64,000 nucleotides of DNA from Candidatus Berkelbacteria bacterium (GTDB taxonomy: Bacteria > Patescibacteriota > UBA1384 > XYA2-FULL-43-10 > 1-14-0-10-43-13): positions 300-64,299 of the forward strand of contig JBAXEI010000003.1 of NCBI GenBank assembly GCA_037140515.1. The letters are read 5' to 3'. The notes beneath the pieces were generated by a model. The model was not told the DNA's origin, did no database searches, and saw nothing but the letters and a program-made list of their open reading frames with translations. This document shows, piece by piece, positions 18,161 to 28,048 of this stretch (position 1 is the first letter of the stretch; each line of letters starts with the position of its first letter). Both the position numbers and the translations under genes were made by a program.

Positions 18161-19027
18161 ATGAGATTTTTCGTTCTTGGCGGAAATAATGCTGAGATGG
18201 CGGCAACAGCACAGCTGCTTATTATGAGCGGTGAAAGCTTCATTCAACCAGATAAGAGCTGCGGCGAGCATTTGTTCACACATGAGCAATTGGGACTTTC
18301 ATCCAAAAGATTTATAGCCGGCACGGATCAATTAGCAACATCTTGGATTCATGGATATTCGGAAATAATCTTTTGTGAGTGCGGACCAGCAGAAGGCTTC
18401 CCAAGCTTTCACAGTAGCATTTTAATCTGTCAGCATAAGAAAAAATCAGCTGAAAAGTCAACAATTTTTCAGGTTATGGACTTGCTGGAAATCAAATTTT
18501 CCGATGCAACACGCCGTTGGGCAGAGCTGGTCGCCGCCCACAGCGCCGGCTACATCCCAGCGATGATGGCCATCGGTGCAACAGCAGAAGAAATTCAGCG
18601 CGTATGTGCGCTTGATCGTTCAGCCCGAGGAGTTTCTGCTCAGCAAGAGTATCTGGCTGAGATTGCTATCGAGTCTCGAAAAGTAAGTGAACGTCTCGTT
18701 GTGATCCCACTACCTCATAACAAATGGTCGACGGTCACAGATCGACTTTTCGGAAAGCTCGATCAGCTTCTGATCTTATCGTCAGAGCAAAAAGAAGCTT
18801 ATTTCTACGGAGAATTAGCAAAATGTGATGCGCTATTTGAACAGTTTCAGGGAGAAAAAAGTGAATTAGCATATGGCTATGCAGAGAATTACGGTTGTTG
18901 GACTGCGAAGATACAAATATCGCAATTCGATGATGTCAGAAGGCTGGTTTACCGGCAAATCCAAGCCGATAAGAAAATCGAAAAAACATTAGGAACGTCT
19001 TCATTGACGTTCCTTTTTTTATACTAA
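18161..19027 (+). CDS. DHH-superfamily NrN-like protein with degenerate active-site motifs
   Basis: SD GGAGGTG. Motifs FVLGG..EM, QV..LL, ELVAA..GYIPAM..GAT.EEI...DR.A.GV, S.VTDRL, FYG recalled from CRISPR-associated NrN; DHH appears as CQH. Confidence 0.65.
   Translation: MRFFVLGGNNAEMAATAQLLIMSGESFIQPDKSCGEHLFTHEQLGLSSKRFIAGTDQLATSWIHGYSEIIFCECGPAEGFPSFHSSILICQHKKKSAEKSTIFQVMDLLEIKFSDATRRWAELVAAHSAGYIPAMMAIGATAEEIQRVCALDRSARGVSAQQEYLAEIAIESRKVSERLVVIPLPHNKWSTVTDRLFGKLDQLLILSSEQKEAYFYGELAKCDALFEQFQGEKSELAYGYAENYGCWTAKIQISQFDDVRRLVYRQIQADKKIEKTLGTSSLTFLFLY
18985..19020 (+). terminator. Intrinsic terminator; hairpin direct repeat copy B
   Basis: AACATTAGGAACGTCTTCATTGACGTTCC followed by T7. 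Confidence 0.75.
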
Positions 19028-19056
19028 AAAAGCAGGGACTCTCATCTCTGCTTTTT
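19026..19056 (-). terminator. Terminator after rplO
   Basis: AAAAAGCAGAGAT...CCCTGCTTTTTT on the minus strand. Confidence 0.65.
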
Positions 19057-19070
19057 CTATATCAATTGAA

Positions 19071-19595
19071 CTATTTTGTTTTTTTGACCGTTGTCTTTGC
19101 CTTAGCTGCTTTTGGAGCAACTTCGACTTTTTCTATAGCTTCTTCAACAACTGGCTCAGCTACTTCTTCTTTTGAAGCTTTAGCAGCCTTCGCAGCTGGC
19201 TTGATCTCGGCGATAGACTTAGAAACTCTGACATCTGGGCCAAAAGTAACTTTCTTTGTCAGTTCACCGTTGTTCAAGATCTTAGCAATTTGGTGCTTCT
19301 TAAGAACGCCATTTGCAACCAAGACTTCTTTAGTGACAACGTCACCATCTTTGAAGATAGCAGAAATGATATCAAGAGAGATAACAATCGCCTTTTCACG
19401 CTTGGATTTGAAGCCAGGAAGCTTTGGCAATCTCATCGAAAGTGGAGTTTGGCCACCTTCAAATTTTCGAGGGATATTATGTCCACTTCGAGATTTTTGA
19501 CCTTTTGTGCCACGTCCTGCAGTCTTGCCCTGACCAGCCGAGAGACCTCGACCGATTCTTTTCTTGACTTTAGATTTTATTGATACTAATTCCAT
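19071..19595 (-). CDS. rplO: 50S ribosomal protein L15 (C-terminal extension)
   Basis: [28 protein letters not shown]. Confidence 0.97.
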   Translation of the reverse strand: MELVSIKSKVKKRIGRGLSAGQGKTAGRGTKGQKSRSGHNIPRKFEGGQTPLSMRLPKLPGFKSKREKAIVISLDIISAIFKDGDVVTKEVLVANGVLKKHQIAKILNNGELTKKVTFGPDVRVSKSIAEIKPAAKAAKASKEEVAEPVVEEAIEKVEVAPKAAKAKTTVKKTK

Positions 19596-19616
19596 AATTT
19601 CCTTAAATATTTATCG

Positions 19617-20339
19617 TTATTTCATGCTTTTTTTAGCAGCTTTTTTCGTTTCGGATTTCTTGACAACTTTTTTAGCTGGCTCGTCTGCTTTTGCTTCAGC
19701 AACGATATCGGCCTTGACCTCAGCTTCGATTGTTTTCTCTGTAGAAGCTGTGATTACAGGCGCTGCGATTTTCTTATCAACGTATGACTGAATTTTGTTT
19801 GTATACTCAGGTTTGAAAGAAGATAGAGCTTTTACAGTAGCGATAATGTTGTTTACTTTGCTTGGGCTACCCATCATCTTGCCTAGAAGATCTGTGATAC
19901 CAGCAAGCTCAGCAACAGCTCGGACTGCACCACCAGCAACGATAGATGTACCAGCAGCAGCAGGCTTAAGCATGACTACAGCTGAACCAAATTTGAAAGT
20001 AACTTCGTAAGGGATCGTGCCATCAACAATCGGAACAACGCTTAGCTTCTTTTTTGCTTGAGCGACTGCTTTTCGAACAGCTTCAGCAACATCATTTGCC
20101 TTGGCCATGCCAACGCCGATCTTACCTTTTCTGTTTCCGATCACGATAAGAGCTCTGAAACGAATACGTCGGCCACCTTTTACAGTACGCGCAACGCGTC
20201 GAACTTCGATTACTCTCTCTTCAAACTCTGAAGGCTCTTTTTTGTTATCGCCAAAAGATCGAGGTCTCATGAAATTTTTCTTGATTCCTGCATTTTTTGG
20301 ATCGACTGGGGCTGAGTTTGTATTTTCGATTGCTGACAT
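19617..20339 (-). CDS. rpsE: 30S ribosomal protein S5 (terminal extensions)
   Basis: RVARTVKGGRRIRF, PAAAGTSIVAGG. Confidence 0.97.
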   Translation of the reverse strand: MSAIENTNSAPVDPKNAGIKKNFMRPRSFGDNKKEPSEFEERVIEVRRVARTVKGGRRIRFRALIVIGNRKGKIGVGMAKANDVAEAVRKAVAQAKKKLSVVPIVDGTIPYEVTFKFGSAVVMLKPAAAGTSIVAGGAVRAVAELAGITDLLGKMMGSPSKVNNIIATVKALSSFKPEYTNKIQSYVDKKIAAPVITASTEKTIEAEVKADIVAEAKADEPAKKVVKKSETKKAAKKSMK

Positions 20340-20358
20340 CTTTATCCCTTACTTATTA

Positions 20359-20667
20359 TTAAAATTTAAGTCCGCCTTCACGCAAGCCGTCAGCCATAGC
20401 TTTGACTTGACCGTGATAACGGTAACCATTTCGATCATAGACGATCTCAGTAACTTTTTTGGCAATAGCAAGCTTAGCAAGCGCCTTGCCAGTTTCTGCT
20501 GAACGCTCGACTGGTTTTAGTTTTTGATCAATCTTTTTCGAAGTGATCGAAAGGATAGTAACACCCTTTGTATCATCGATAAGCTGAACTTCAATATTTT
20601 TATTAGAACGAAATACAGAAGCGCGTGGCTTTGTAGCTGTTCCGATAATTTTTTTGTTATGTGTCAT
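20359..20667 (-). CDS. rplR: 50S ribosomal protein L18 (short N-terminus)
   Basis: PRASVFRSNK, DRNGYRYHG, REGGLKF. Confidence 0.96.
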   Translation of the reverse strand: MTHNKKIIGTATKPRASVFRSNKNIEVQLIDDTKGVTILSITSKKIDQKLKPVERSAETGKALAKLAIAKKVTEIVYDRNGYRYHGQVKAMADGLREGGLKF

Positions 20668-20676
20668 GGTAATTCC

Positions 20677-21216
20677 TTATTTAGAAGCAGCAGTCTTACC
20701 GGCTTTTCGACGGATATGCTCATCTTTATATTTAATGCCTTTGCCCTTATATGGCTCTGGTGGTCGAACTTTTCGGATAATCGCTGCGAACTGTCCAACA
20801 GACTGCTTATCTACGCCAGATACTGTAATCGAATTCTTTACGATTTTGACTTCAAGTCCTTCAGGAATAACAAGCTTGATCTCATGAGAGTAGCCCATAT
20901 TTAGAAGAACATCACGTCCAGAAACAGCAGCACGGTAACCAGTACCAGTGAATTGCAACTCTTTAGTGAAGCCAACCTTTACGCCTTCAATCATGTTGTT
21001 GATCAATCTAGCGATCAAGCCATGTTTTGCTCGAGCTGGTTTGGAATCGTTGATTCGATTGACAATAATTTGACCATCAGCAATTTCGATACTGACTTCT
21101 CTTGGTAAATCCATCTCCATTTTGTTTGAATCGTGTGTTACAGAAAGATGGCCGTTTACATTTTCAACGGTTACACCTTCTAATATCACTACTGGTCTTT
21201 TGCCTATTTTACTCAT
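20677..21216 (-). CDS. rplF: 50S ribosomal protein L6
   Basis: MSKIGKRP, GTGYRA, RPPEPYKGKGI. Confidence 0.98.
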   Translation of the reverse strand: MSKIGKRPVVILEGVTVENVNGHLSVTHDSNKMEMDLPREVSIEIADGQIIVNRINDSKPARAKHGLIARLINNMIEGVKVGFTKELQFTGTGYRAAVSGRDVLLNMGYSHEIKLVIPEGLEVKIVKNSITVSGVDKQSVGQFAAIIRKVRPPEPYKGKGIKYKDEHIRRKAGKTAASK

Positions 21217-21252
21217 AATATTCCAAATACTTATTTATACTTATACTATCTA

Positions 21253-21630
21253 TTACCAAACTTCGCAGATTAGCTCACCGCCAAGGCCTTTTTTGAAAGC
21301 CTCTTTACCAGTGGTGATACCTGTAGAAGTTGAAATGATGACTGTTCCTAAGCCTCTAAGAGGTTTTGGAATTTCCTGATTTTTTGCATATACTCTTCGG
21401 CCCGGTTTGCTGATTTGTTTAAAGTGGGTAGGAGTTTTTGAATCAGAAATAACAACCTTCAAAAATTGTCGGTTCTCTTCTTTGACAACTTCAACACTAG
21501 TCAAAAATTTTGACTCTTTTAAAATGTCTAGAATTGCCTTATTCATCTTGGAGAAAGTGATGATAACTTCTCTTTTTCCAACTAATGAAGCGTTCTTAAT
21601 TCTTATCAATAAATCTGCTATTTGATCCAT
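21253..21630 (-). CDS. rpsH: 30S ribosomal protein S8
   Basis: DQIADLLIRIKNA, ISKPGRRVY, GGELICEVW. Confidence 0.97.
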   Translation of the reverse strand: MDQIADLLIRIKNASLVGKREVIITFSKMNKAILDILKESKFLTSVEVVKEENRQFLKVVISDSKTPTHFKQISKPGRRVYAKNQEIPKPLRGLGTVIISTSTGITTGKEAFKKGLGGELICEVW

Positions 21631-21657
21631 ACTTATCCTTATGTAATGGTTTAAATT

Positions 21658-21843
21658 CTACCAGCTTGACTTGACTACCCCAGGAATTTCACCTCTGGAA
21701 GCTAGCTCTCGGAAACAAATTCTGCACATCCCGAATTTCCGTATATATGCATGCTTTCGACCGCAAAGCTTGCATCTTCTGATTGTTCTCGACATATATT
21801 TTGGCTTTTTTTCAGCCTTTAATATCATTGATAGTTTTGCCAT
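21658..21843 (-). CDS. rpsZ: 30S ribosomal protein S14 (zinc-binding type Z)
   Basis: 61 aa; RCKLCGR, CRICFRE, GVVKSSW. Confidence 0.96.
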   Translation of the reverse strand: MAKLSMILKAEKKPKYMSRTIRRCKLCGRKHAYIRKFGMCRICFRELASRGEIPGVVKSSW

Positions 21844-21845
21844 AA

Positions 21846-22394
21846 TTACTCCTTGCCCTTCTTAAATGGGAAACCAAGTTTTGTAAGCAAAACTTTGGAG
21901 TCTTCTCTATTTCTAGCTTTAATTCTAAAGTTGATCTCTAGGCCAAAATTGTGAGTAATCTCTTCGTATTTGATCTCAGGGAAGATAGAATAATCGCGCA
22001 AGCCAATAGAGTAATTGCCAGCGTTGTCAAAGCTTGTAGTCGAAAGACCACGGAAGTCACGAACTCGAGGCAAAGCTACATTGACCAAACGGCTGATGAA
22101 GTCGTACATTCTGATACCGCGCAAAGTTACGGTGACACCAACTGGTTGACCGATTCTAAGTTTGAAAGCAGAAACTGCTTTTACAGATTTGTTGACTTTT
22201 GCCTTTTGACCAGTAATTTTTGCGATCTCAGCGCAGATTTTTTCGATAGCAGCTTTGTCTTCTTTGAAGTCACCAGTACCGACAGAAACTACTACTTTTT
22301 CGATCTTTGGAAGTTCATGAACATTCTCAATCTTAAGCTCAGCTTTAACAGCTGGAAGAATGACTTTATTGAATTTTTCGATTAATCGTTCCAT
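21846..22394 (-). CDS. rplE: 50S ribosomal protein L5
   Basis: [27 protein letters not shown]. Confidence 0.98.
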   Translation of the reverse strand: MERLIEKFNKVILPAVKAELKIENVHELPKIEKVVVSVGTGDFKEDKAAIEKICAEIAKITGQKAKVNKSVKAVSAFKLRIGQPVGVTVTLRGIRMYDFISRLVNVALPRVRDFRGLSTTSFDNAGNYSIGLRDYSIFPEIKYEEITHNFGLEINFRIKARNREDSKVLLTKLGFPFKKGKE

Positions 22395-22714
22395 TATTTA
22401 TTCCCATTTTCTAAGCCTTGGCCGCATTTTCGGCAAACGCGCTCTTTAGCTTTTTCTGTAATTTTATATGATACTTTTGTAAGCTTGCCACATGACTGAC
22501 AAATCATCATTACGTCAGAAACGTCAATCTTTCGGTTGATATCGATGATACCGCCCTGAGGATTAGCCTTCGATGGTTTGACATGTTTTTTGGCAATGCC
22601 AACTCCCTTAACGATAATTTTGTTATCATTAGGAAATACTCTCTCGATTACACCAGATTTACCTTTGTCTTTTCCGGCAATTACCGCTACATTGTCATTT
22701 TTTTTCAATTTCAT
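22394..22714 (-). CDS. rplX: 50S ribosomal protein L24
   Basis: VIAGKDKGK (KOW), KKHVKP, C-terminal CxxC pairs. Confidence 0.97.
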   Translation of the reverse strand: MKLKKNDNVAVIAGKDKGKSGVIERVFPNDNKIIVKGVGIAKKHVKPSKANPQGGIIDINRKIDVSDVMMICQSCGKLTKVSYKITEKAKERVCRKCGQGLENGNK

Positions 22715-22753
22715 ATTTTTTCTTCTATCTTTATTGTAATAAAGCTTTTTTAA

Positions 22754-23119
22754 TTAAAGTACCTCTGGAGCAAGAGAGATGATTTTCATGTACTCTGCTC
22801 GAAGCTCTCTTGGGATTGGCCCAAAAATACGGGTTCCACGAGGCTCTTTCTTGTCGTCGATGATGACGGCTGCATTTTCGCTGAATCGGATAAATGAACC
22901 ATCCTCACGGCCGATTGCTTTTTTCTGTCTTACAATAACAGCGTGAACAACTTCTTTCTTCTTGACTGTTCCTCTTGGTATTGCGTCTTTGACTGAAGCA
23001 GAAATAACATCGCCAACTTCGCCGCCGCATCTTCGAGTTCTGCCTAGAACTGAGATACATTCGATTTCTTTTGCGCCTGTATTATCTGCAACATTTAGTC
23101 TTGTGCCTGGCTGGATCAT
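22754..23119 (-). CDS. rplN: 50S ribosomal protein L14
   Basis: [23 protein letters not shown]. Confidence 0.98.
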   Translation of the reverse strand: MIQPGTRLNVADNTGAKEIECISVLGRTRRCGGEVGDVISASVKDAIPRGTVKKKEVVHAVIVRQKKAIGREDGSFIRFSENAAVIIDDKKEPRGTRIFGPIPRELRAEYMKIISLAPEVL

Positions 23120-23361
23120 TATTTAACCTTTCTCGTGACCATATATGTAACATCTTTCGAATATGGTTTTGTTTCAGCGATCTCTACGAAGTCACCTTCT
23201 TTGTAGGTATTTTCTTCATCATGAGCTTTGTAGTTTTTGCTTATAACGTATTTTTTCTTATAAATTGGATGTGTTTTGATACGATCAATCTTGATAACGA
23301 CGGTTTTATCCATCTTGTCAGAGATTACGAATCCTGTTTTCATTTTTTTTGTTGATTTCAT
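23119..23361 (-). CDS. rpsQ: 30S ribosomal protein S17
   Basis: [26 protein letters not shown]. Confidence 0.97.
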   Translation of the reverse strand: MKSTKKMKTGFVISDKMDKTVVIKIDRIKTHPIYKKKYVISKNYKAHDEENTYKEGDFVEIAETKPYSKDVTYMVTRKVK

Positions 23362-23363
23362 AA

Positions 23364-23567
23364 TTACTCCGCTGCGTTTTCGTTTATTAGTGTATATAGA
23401 AGTGAAACGCTTTTCTTTAGCTTTTTGACCTCTGAAAAATTGGCCATTTTACCAGCAGCAACCTTCAGTCTTGTCTGAGCAAGTTTTTTCTTCGCAACAA
23501 GCATCTCAGCCTGTTTGGCCTCGAGTGTCATCTCGCGAAATTTTTTGATTTCTTCTAAACGTTTCAT
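23364..23567 (-). CDS. rpmC: 50S ribosomal protein L29
   Basis: 67-aa basic helical protein between rplP and rpsQ. Confidence 0.85.
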   Translation of the reverse strand: MKRLEEIKKFREMTLEAKQAEMLVAKKKLAQTRLKVAAGKMANFSEVKKLKKSVSLLYTLINENAAE

Positions 23568-23983
23568 TATGCAACCTCTTCTTTGCTGATAAATTTAGTC
23601 TTAACTGGAATCTTGTGCATTGCCAAACGCATTGCTTCTTTGGCAAGAACGTAATCTACGCCATCCATCTCGAAAAGGATTCGGCCTGGACGAACAACAG
23701 CGACGAAATGGTCGACTGCTCCTTTACCAGAACCCATAGGAACTTCTGCAGATGTCTGTGTAACTGGCTTATCCGGGAAGATTCTGATCCAAACTTGTCC
23801 ACCTTTTTTGATATATCTTGTCATTGCGCGTCTAGCTGCTTCAATGCTTCGAGCTGATACCCAACCAGCGGACATGGCCTTGATACCAAACTTGCCAAAT
23901 GCAAAATCATTACCACGACTAGCTACACCGCCGCGTTTTCCTCTTTGCTGTTTTCTGAACTTCATTTTTTTGGGCATCAACAT
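23567..23983 (-). CDS. rplP: 50S ribosomal protein L16
   Basis: [27 protein letters not shown]. Confidence 0.98.
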   Translation of the reverse strand: MLMPKKMKFRKQQRGKRGGVASRGNDFAFGKFGIKAMSAGWVSARSIEAARRAMTRYIKKGGQVWIRIFPDKPVTQTSAEVPMGSGKGAVDHFVAVVRPGRILFEMDGVDYVLAKEAMRLAMHKIPVKTKFISKEEVA

Positions 23984-24003
23984 AATATGTTTCCTAATCT
24001 AAA

Positions 24004-24651
24004 TTACTTGATCATATCGTCGGCAACGAAGGTTTTTTCACCTTTGTACATCCAGACTTTTACACCGATAATACCGTAAGTTGTTAAAGCTGTAAGATAT
24101 TTATAATCGATATCGCTCTTAAAAGTGCTCAAAGGAACATTCCCGAAGCTGATTTTCTCGCTTCTAGCGATGTCAGCACCGTTCAAACGGCCAGAAAGTT
24201 GGACTTTCATACCTTTGATACCAGCAGCTTTGCCTTTTTCGATTGACTGTTTCATTGCTCTTCGGAAAGGGATACGCTTCTCGATCTGAGTTGCGATTGT
24301 TTGAGCCATGATTGCAGCGTCTGCATCAGGTTTTTTGACTTCGATAATGTTTATTTGAATTTTTTCAGTAACAAATACTGCAAGCATTTTCTTCAGCTCA
24401 TCTGAGCCAGCTCCGCCTCGTCCGATAACCATACCTGGACGGCTTGAGTGGATGTCTACAGTGATCTTATTTGAATCACGGTTGATGATGATTCGTGAAA
24501 TATAAGCTTCCTTAAGCTTCTTCTCTAAAGCTCTTCTGATCTTGATATCAGTGATTAGCTTCTCGGCGTAGTTTTGACGACCGAACCAACGGGATGACCA
24601 ATTTTGGTTGATCTTCAAGCGAATAGATTTTGGATTTACTTTCTGTCCCAT
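24004..24651 (-). CDS. rpsC: 30S ribosomal protein S3
   Basis: MGQKVNP, RPGMVIG, SGRLNGADIAR. Confidence 0.98.
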   Translation of the reverse strand: MGQKVNPKSIRLKINQNWSSRWFGRQNYAEKLITDIKIRRALEKKLKEAYISRIIINRDSNKITVDIHSSRPGMVIGRGGAGSDELKKMLAVFVTEKIQINIIEVKKPDADAAIMAQTIATQIEKRIPFRRAMKQSIEKGKAAGIKGMKVQLSGRLNGADIARSEKISFGNVPLSTFKSDIDYKYLTALTTYGIIGVKVWMYKGEKTFVADDMIK

Positions 24652-25074
24652 TTAGCCTTTCACGATTTCTTTAATAGCTTTTGCAGATTTTACAGTTTTT
24701 ACAGCCTTTTTAGCTGGTTTTTTGTCAGCTAGCGCTTTTGGTGTCTCTCTTGATTCAAGAGTTAAGATCAAATGGCTGCCTCTTTTTGTGATTGCTCGAG
24801 ACTGACCCTTTGACCAAGGTTGCATACGCTTAAGGCTAGGAGCCTCGTTGCAGCAAACGCTCTTGATGAAGATTTGATCTGTCTCAAGAAAATTCTCTTT
24901 AGCAGCAGCGATTCCTGAATTTACCAAAGCGTACAGCAAAGTAGCAGCTTTTCTTTGGGTAAAGAAAAGAACTTTTTTTGCTTCTTCTGCAGCCATTCCG
25001 CGTAGACCGTGCATAACTGGACGGACTTTTCTGGCCGAAATTCTGACATAATTATTTTTTACTGTAATTTCCAT
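24652..25074 (-). CDS. rplV: 50S ribosomal protein L22
   Basis: RISARKVR, ITKRGSH; position between rpsS and rpsC. Confidence 0.93.
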   Translation of the reverse strand: MEITVKNNYVRISARKVRPVMHGLRGMAAEEAKKVLFFTQRKAATLLYALVNSGIAAAKENFLETDQIFIKSVCCNEAPSLKRMQPWSKGQSRAITKRGSHLILTLESRETPKALADKKPAKKAVKTVKSAKAIKEIVKG

Positions 25075-25101
25075 AATGTTTTCTAAAGTTAGGGATTGCT
25101 A

Positions 25102-25386
25102 TTATTTCTTGGATTGCTCTTTAGCCATCTTACCACCGTGGCGTCTGAATTTGCGTGTTGGTGAGAATTCACCAAGTTTGTGTCCAACCATCTCTTCTAC
25201 AACGAATACAGGAATATGCTCTTTGCCGTTGTGAACTGCGATTGTCAGTGTGACCATTTCTGGGATAACTGTACAACTTCTAGCCCATGTTCTGATTGGT
25301 TTTTTATCGCCTGAAGCTACAGCTTTTTGAACCTTCATCAATAGCTTTTCGTCGACGTATGGACCTTTTTTAAGTGAGCGTGACAT
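25102..25386 (-). CDS. rpsS: 30S ribosomal protein S19
   Basis: [22 protein letters not shown]. Confidence 0.98.
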   Translation of the reverse strand: MSRSLKKGPYVDEKLLMKVQKAVASGDKKPIRTWARSCTVIPEMVTLTIAVHNGKEHIPVFVVEEMVGHKLGEFSPTRKFRRHGGKMAKEQSKK

Positions 25387-26216
25387 TATTTTGTTCTCCG
25401 CGATAGGATTAATTTCGAACTCTTATTCTTCTTGTTTCTTGTTCTCTTGCCAAGTGCAGGTGCGCCCCATGGAGTCTTTGGATATTTCATACCAATTGGA
25501 GAGTGACCTTCACCACCACCATGTGGATGGTCGCAAGGATTCTTTGATTTACCAAGAACAGTTGGTTTGACACCCATATGACGTTTGCGTCCAGCTTTAC
25601 CGTATACAACTTTGTTGTGGTCAATATTTGAAACAATACCGATAGATGCATAGTAGTCGGCAATAGCTTTTCGAACTTCACCGGATGGCATTCTGATCAT
25701 CGCGTATTTCTCATCTACGCTAAGAAGAGTTGCAAAGCCACCAGCACTTCGGCAGATCTGACCGCCCTTACCGTTGGTAAGCTCGATGTTGTGGATCTGA
25801 GTAGAAACTGGAATATTTTTCATCTTCATTCTGTTGCCAACTCGGATAGGTGCTTCTTCGCCACAAGTGACTTTAGCGCCCTTTTTGAGGCCATCAGGAG
25901 CAAGAATATATGATTTCTCACCATCTTTGAAGACGATAAGTGCCAAGTTTGCAGAACGATTTGGATCGTACTGAATGCTTAGAACCTCTGCCTCTTCACC
26001 GAGGTGTGATGTCATCACGAAGTCTACAATACGGTATTTACGCTTTGCTCCACCGCCCTTGTGCATAACAACTAGCTGACCTGCATCGTTGCGGCCTGAA
26101 GTTCTTTTGAAGCCAAAGGTAAGTGATTTTTCTGGTTTGACTTTATCAACCTCTTGTTTGAGGTAAGTCATCAGTCTTCGTCCGTTGGTTGTAGGTTTTA
26201 CTTTTATGATTGTCAT
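25386..26216 (-). CDS. rplB: 50S ribosomal protein L2
   Basis: [23 protein letters not shown]. Confidence 0.98.
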   Translation of the reverse strand: MTIIKVKPTTNGRRLMTYLKQEVDKVKPEKSLTFGFKRTSGRNDAGQLVVMHKGGGAKRKYRIVDFVMTSHLGEEAEVLSIQYDPNRSANLALIVFKDGEKSYILAPDGLKKGAKVTCGEEAPIRVGNRMKMKNIPVSTQIHNIELTNGKGGQICRSAGGFATLLSVDEKYAMIRMPSGEVRKAIADYYASIGIVSNIDHNKVVYGKAGRKRHMGVKPTVLGKSKNPCDHPHGGGEGHSPIGMKYPKTPWGAPALGKRTRNKKNKSSKLILSRRTK

Positions 26217-26255
26217 AATATTCCGTGAGTTATAATTTGCTTATTGGAAGGCTTT

Positions 26256-26633
26256 TTATTTCTTATTTTCTCTTACTTTTACTGTAGTGTCTGAATTGTC
26301 AGCCTCTACTTTTTTGGCTTCTTTTTTCTTTTTTTCAGCTTTTTCTTCAGGTTTCTCAATCTCGAAAAGATCAATAGTATCGCCTTTTTTCAAAGTGAGA
26401 GTCGCTTTTTTGTAATCGCTTCTCTTGCCATAACCTTTTTTCGATCTTTTGATTTTTCCTTGAATATTAGCAACGTTTACAGCCAAGACTTTTACGCTGA
26501 AAAGCTCTGCTGCTGTCTCAGAAATCTCATCTTTTGTTGCTCTTTTGTCAACAATAAATGTAAATTTACCCTCGGCAGCTTTGCCGAAACTTTTTTCTGA
26601 AATTATTGCTTTTTTGAAGATATCGCTGTTCAT
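26256..26633 (-). CDS. rplW: 50S ribosomal protein L23 (C-terminal extension)
   Basis: ISEKS, F.VD..ATK, YKKA. Confidence 0.95.
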   Translation of the reverse strand: MNSDIFKKAIISEKSFGKAAEGKFTFIVDKRATKDEISETAAELFSVKVLAVNVANIQGKIKRSKKGYGKRSDYKKATLTLKKGDTIDLFEIEKPEEKAEKKKKEAKKVEADNSDTTVKVRENKK

Positions 26634-26654
26634 ATTATACCAATTGTTATCTTA

Positions 26655-27335
26655 TTATAGTGATGCTTTAGCAGCAGCTTTTACTTTCACTGGGGCAGCT
26701 TCGACTTCTGCTGTTCCAAGGAATCTTGCTTCCATCTCTTTCAAAGCTTGCTCTGAAATAACGAGATTATGTGAAGATAAGATTGTGATAAGGTTGATTT
26801 TTTCTGGAGTCATCATGTTTAGACCTGCGATGTTGCGGAAAGATTTGCAAGAATTTTCATCAGCTGTGGAGTAAATAAGTGAAATTTTGCCAGAAGCTTT
26901 TACATTTGCAAGGATTTCCATTGCAACTGAAGTTTTAGCTTCGGCAAGCTTAAGTGAATCAACTACGATTCCCTTGTCTTCCTTCAGCATGTTGCCGATT
27001 GAACCAACAATGACTTTTTTCTTCATGTTTTTGTTGATTCTGAGCTTGAAATTCTGCTCGTTTGATGGACCAAATGTTACACCACCACCAACCCACAAAG
27101 GAGATCGGCTTGAACCCTGACGAGCTCGGCCTGTGCCTTTTTGTTTGTATGGTTTCTTGCCGCCACCTGAGACTTCGCTTCGGTCTTTCGAATTTGCGAT
27201 TGGCTCACGAAGAGCGCCTCTTAGATAGTTAACATAAAGCGCTAAAGCTCTATCAGATACTTCAGCCGAAAATTCCTCGCTGATCTGCAAGTCTTTTACT
27301 TTTTCACCCTTTTGATTTAAAACTTTTATCTTCAT
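26655..27335 (-). CDS. rplD: 50S ribosomal protein L4
   Basis: RSEVSGGGKKPYKQKGTGRARQGS, GGGVTFGP. Confidence 0.98.
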   Translation of the reverse strand: MKIKVLNQKGEKVKDLQISEEFSAEVSDRALALYVNYLRGALREPIANSKDRSEVSGGGKKPYKQKGTGRARQGSSRSPLWVGGGVTFGPSNEQNFKLRINKNMKKKVIVGSIGNMLKEDKGIVVDSLKLAEAKTSVAMEILANVKASGKISLIYSTADENSCKSFRNIAGLNMMTPEKINLITILSSHNLVISEQALKEMEARFLGTAEVEAAPVKVKAAAKASL

Positions 27336-27356
27336 GATATCTATCTTTATTATTAT

Positions 27357-27953
27357 TTACTCTTCGCTTGTTTCTGTTTCAGATTTGACGCTCTTTGCTG
27401 TAATGCGTAGAAGTGTCTTGCTGTGACCTGGGATTGCTCCGGCGATCAACATCATATCTTTGTTGATATCGACAACTTTCAAGTTACCAATAGTAACTGT
27501 ATCACCACCGAGACGACCGGCCATTCGACGACCGAGAACAACACGCTGTGGCTGCTGAGCACCAATAGAACCTGGTTCTCTCACATTGTTACCACCGTGG
27601 CCCTCAGGACCTCTCTTGAAGCCATGACGCTTGATAGTACCAGCAAAACCTTTACCTTTGCTAGTTCCTGTGACTGTGACGAAATCTTCAGTATCAAATT
27701 CGATCTTGATTTTCTGATCGACTTTGTATTTTGTACCGTCAATTGCATCAAATTCGCATGACTTGATGTCTTTTACCTTTTCACCGTCTTCAGTATAAGC
27801 TTTGACTTTCAAAGCGCTATAACCGTCGACTTCTTGTGTTTTGATCTGTTCGACTTTCATAGGAAAAAGTTTCACCATTGTTACGGCGATATTTTTGCCA
27901 TCTTTGTCGAAGACTCTTGTCATACCCATTTTTTGTGCAATTGCGAATTTCAT
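27357..27953 (-). CDS. rplC: 50S ribosomal protein L3
   Basis: KMGMT, GTSKGKGFAGTIKRH, REPGSIG, MAGRLG. Confidence 0.98.
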   Translation of the reverse strand: MKFAIAQKMGMTRVFDKDGKNIAVTMVKLFPMKVEQIKTQEVDGYSALKVKAYTEDGEKVKDIKSCEFDAIDGTKYKVDQKIKIEFDTEDFVTVTGTSKGKGFAGTIKRHGFKRGPEGHGGNNVREPGSIGAQQPQRVVLGRRMAGRLGGDTVTIGNLKVVDINKDMMLIAGAIPGHSKTLLRITAKSVKSETETSEE

Positions 27954-28048
27954 GATGTTCTTTATATCTAATCGTTAATGAATGAATTTTGGGAGAATAG
28001 TTATTACTTTCTGATTCTCCCGAGCTTGTGATGCATTTGCATCGGAAT

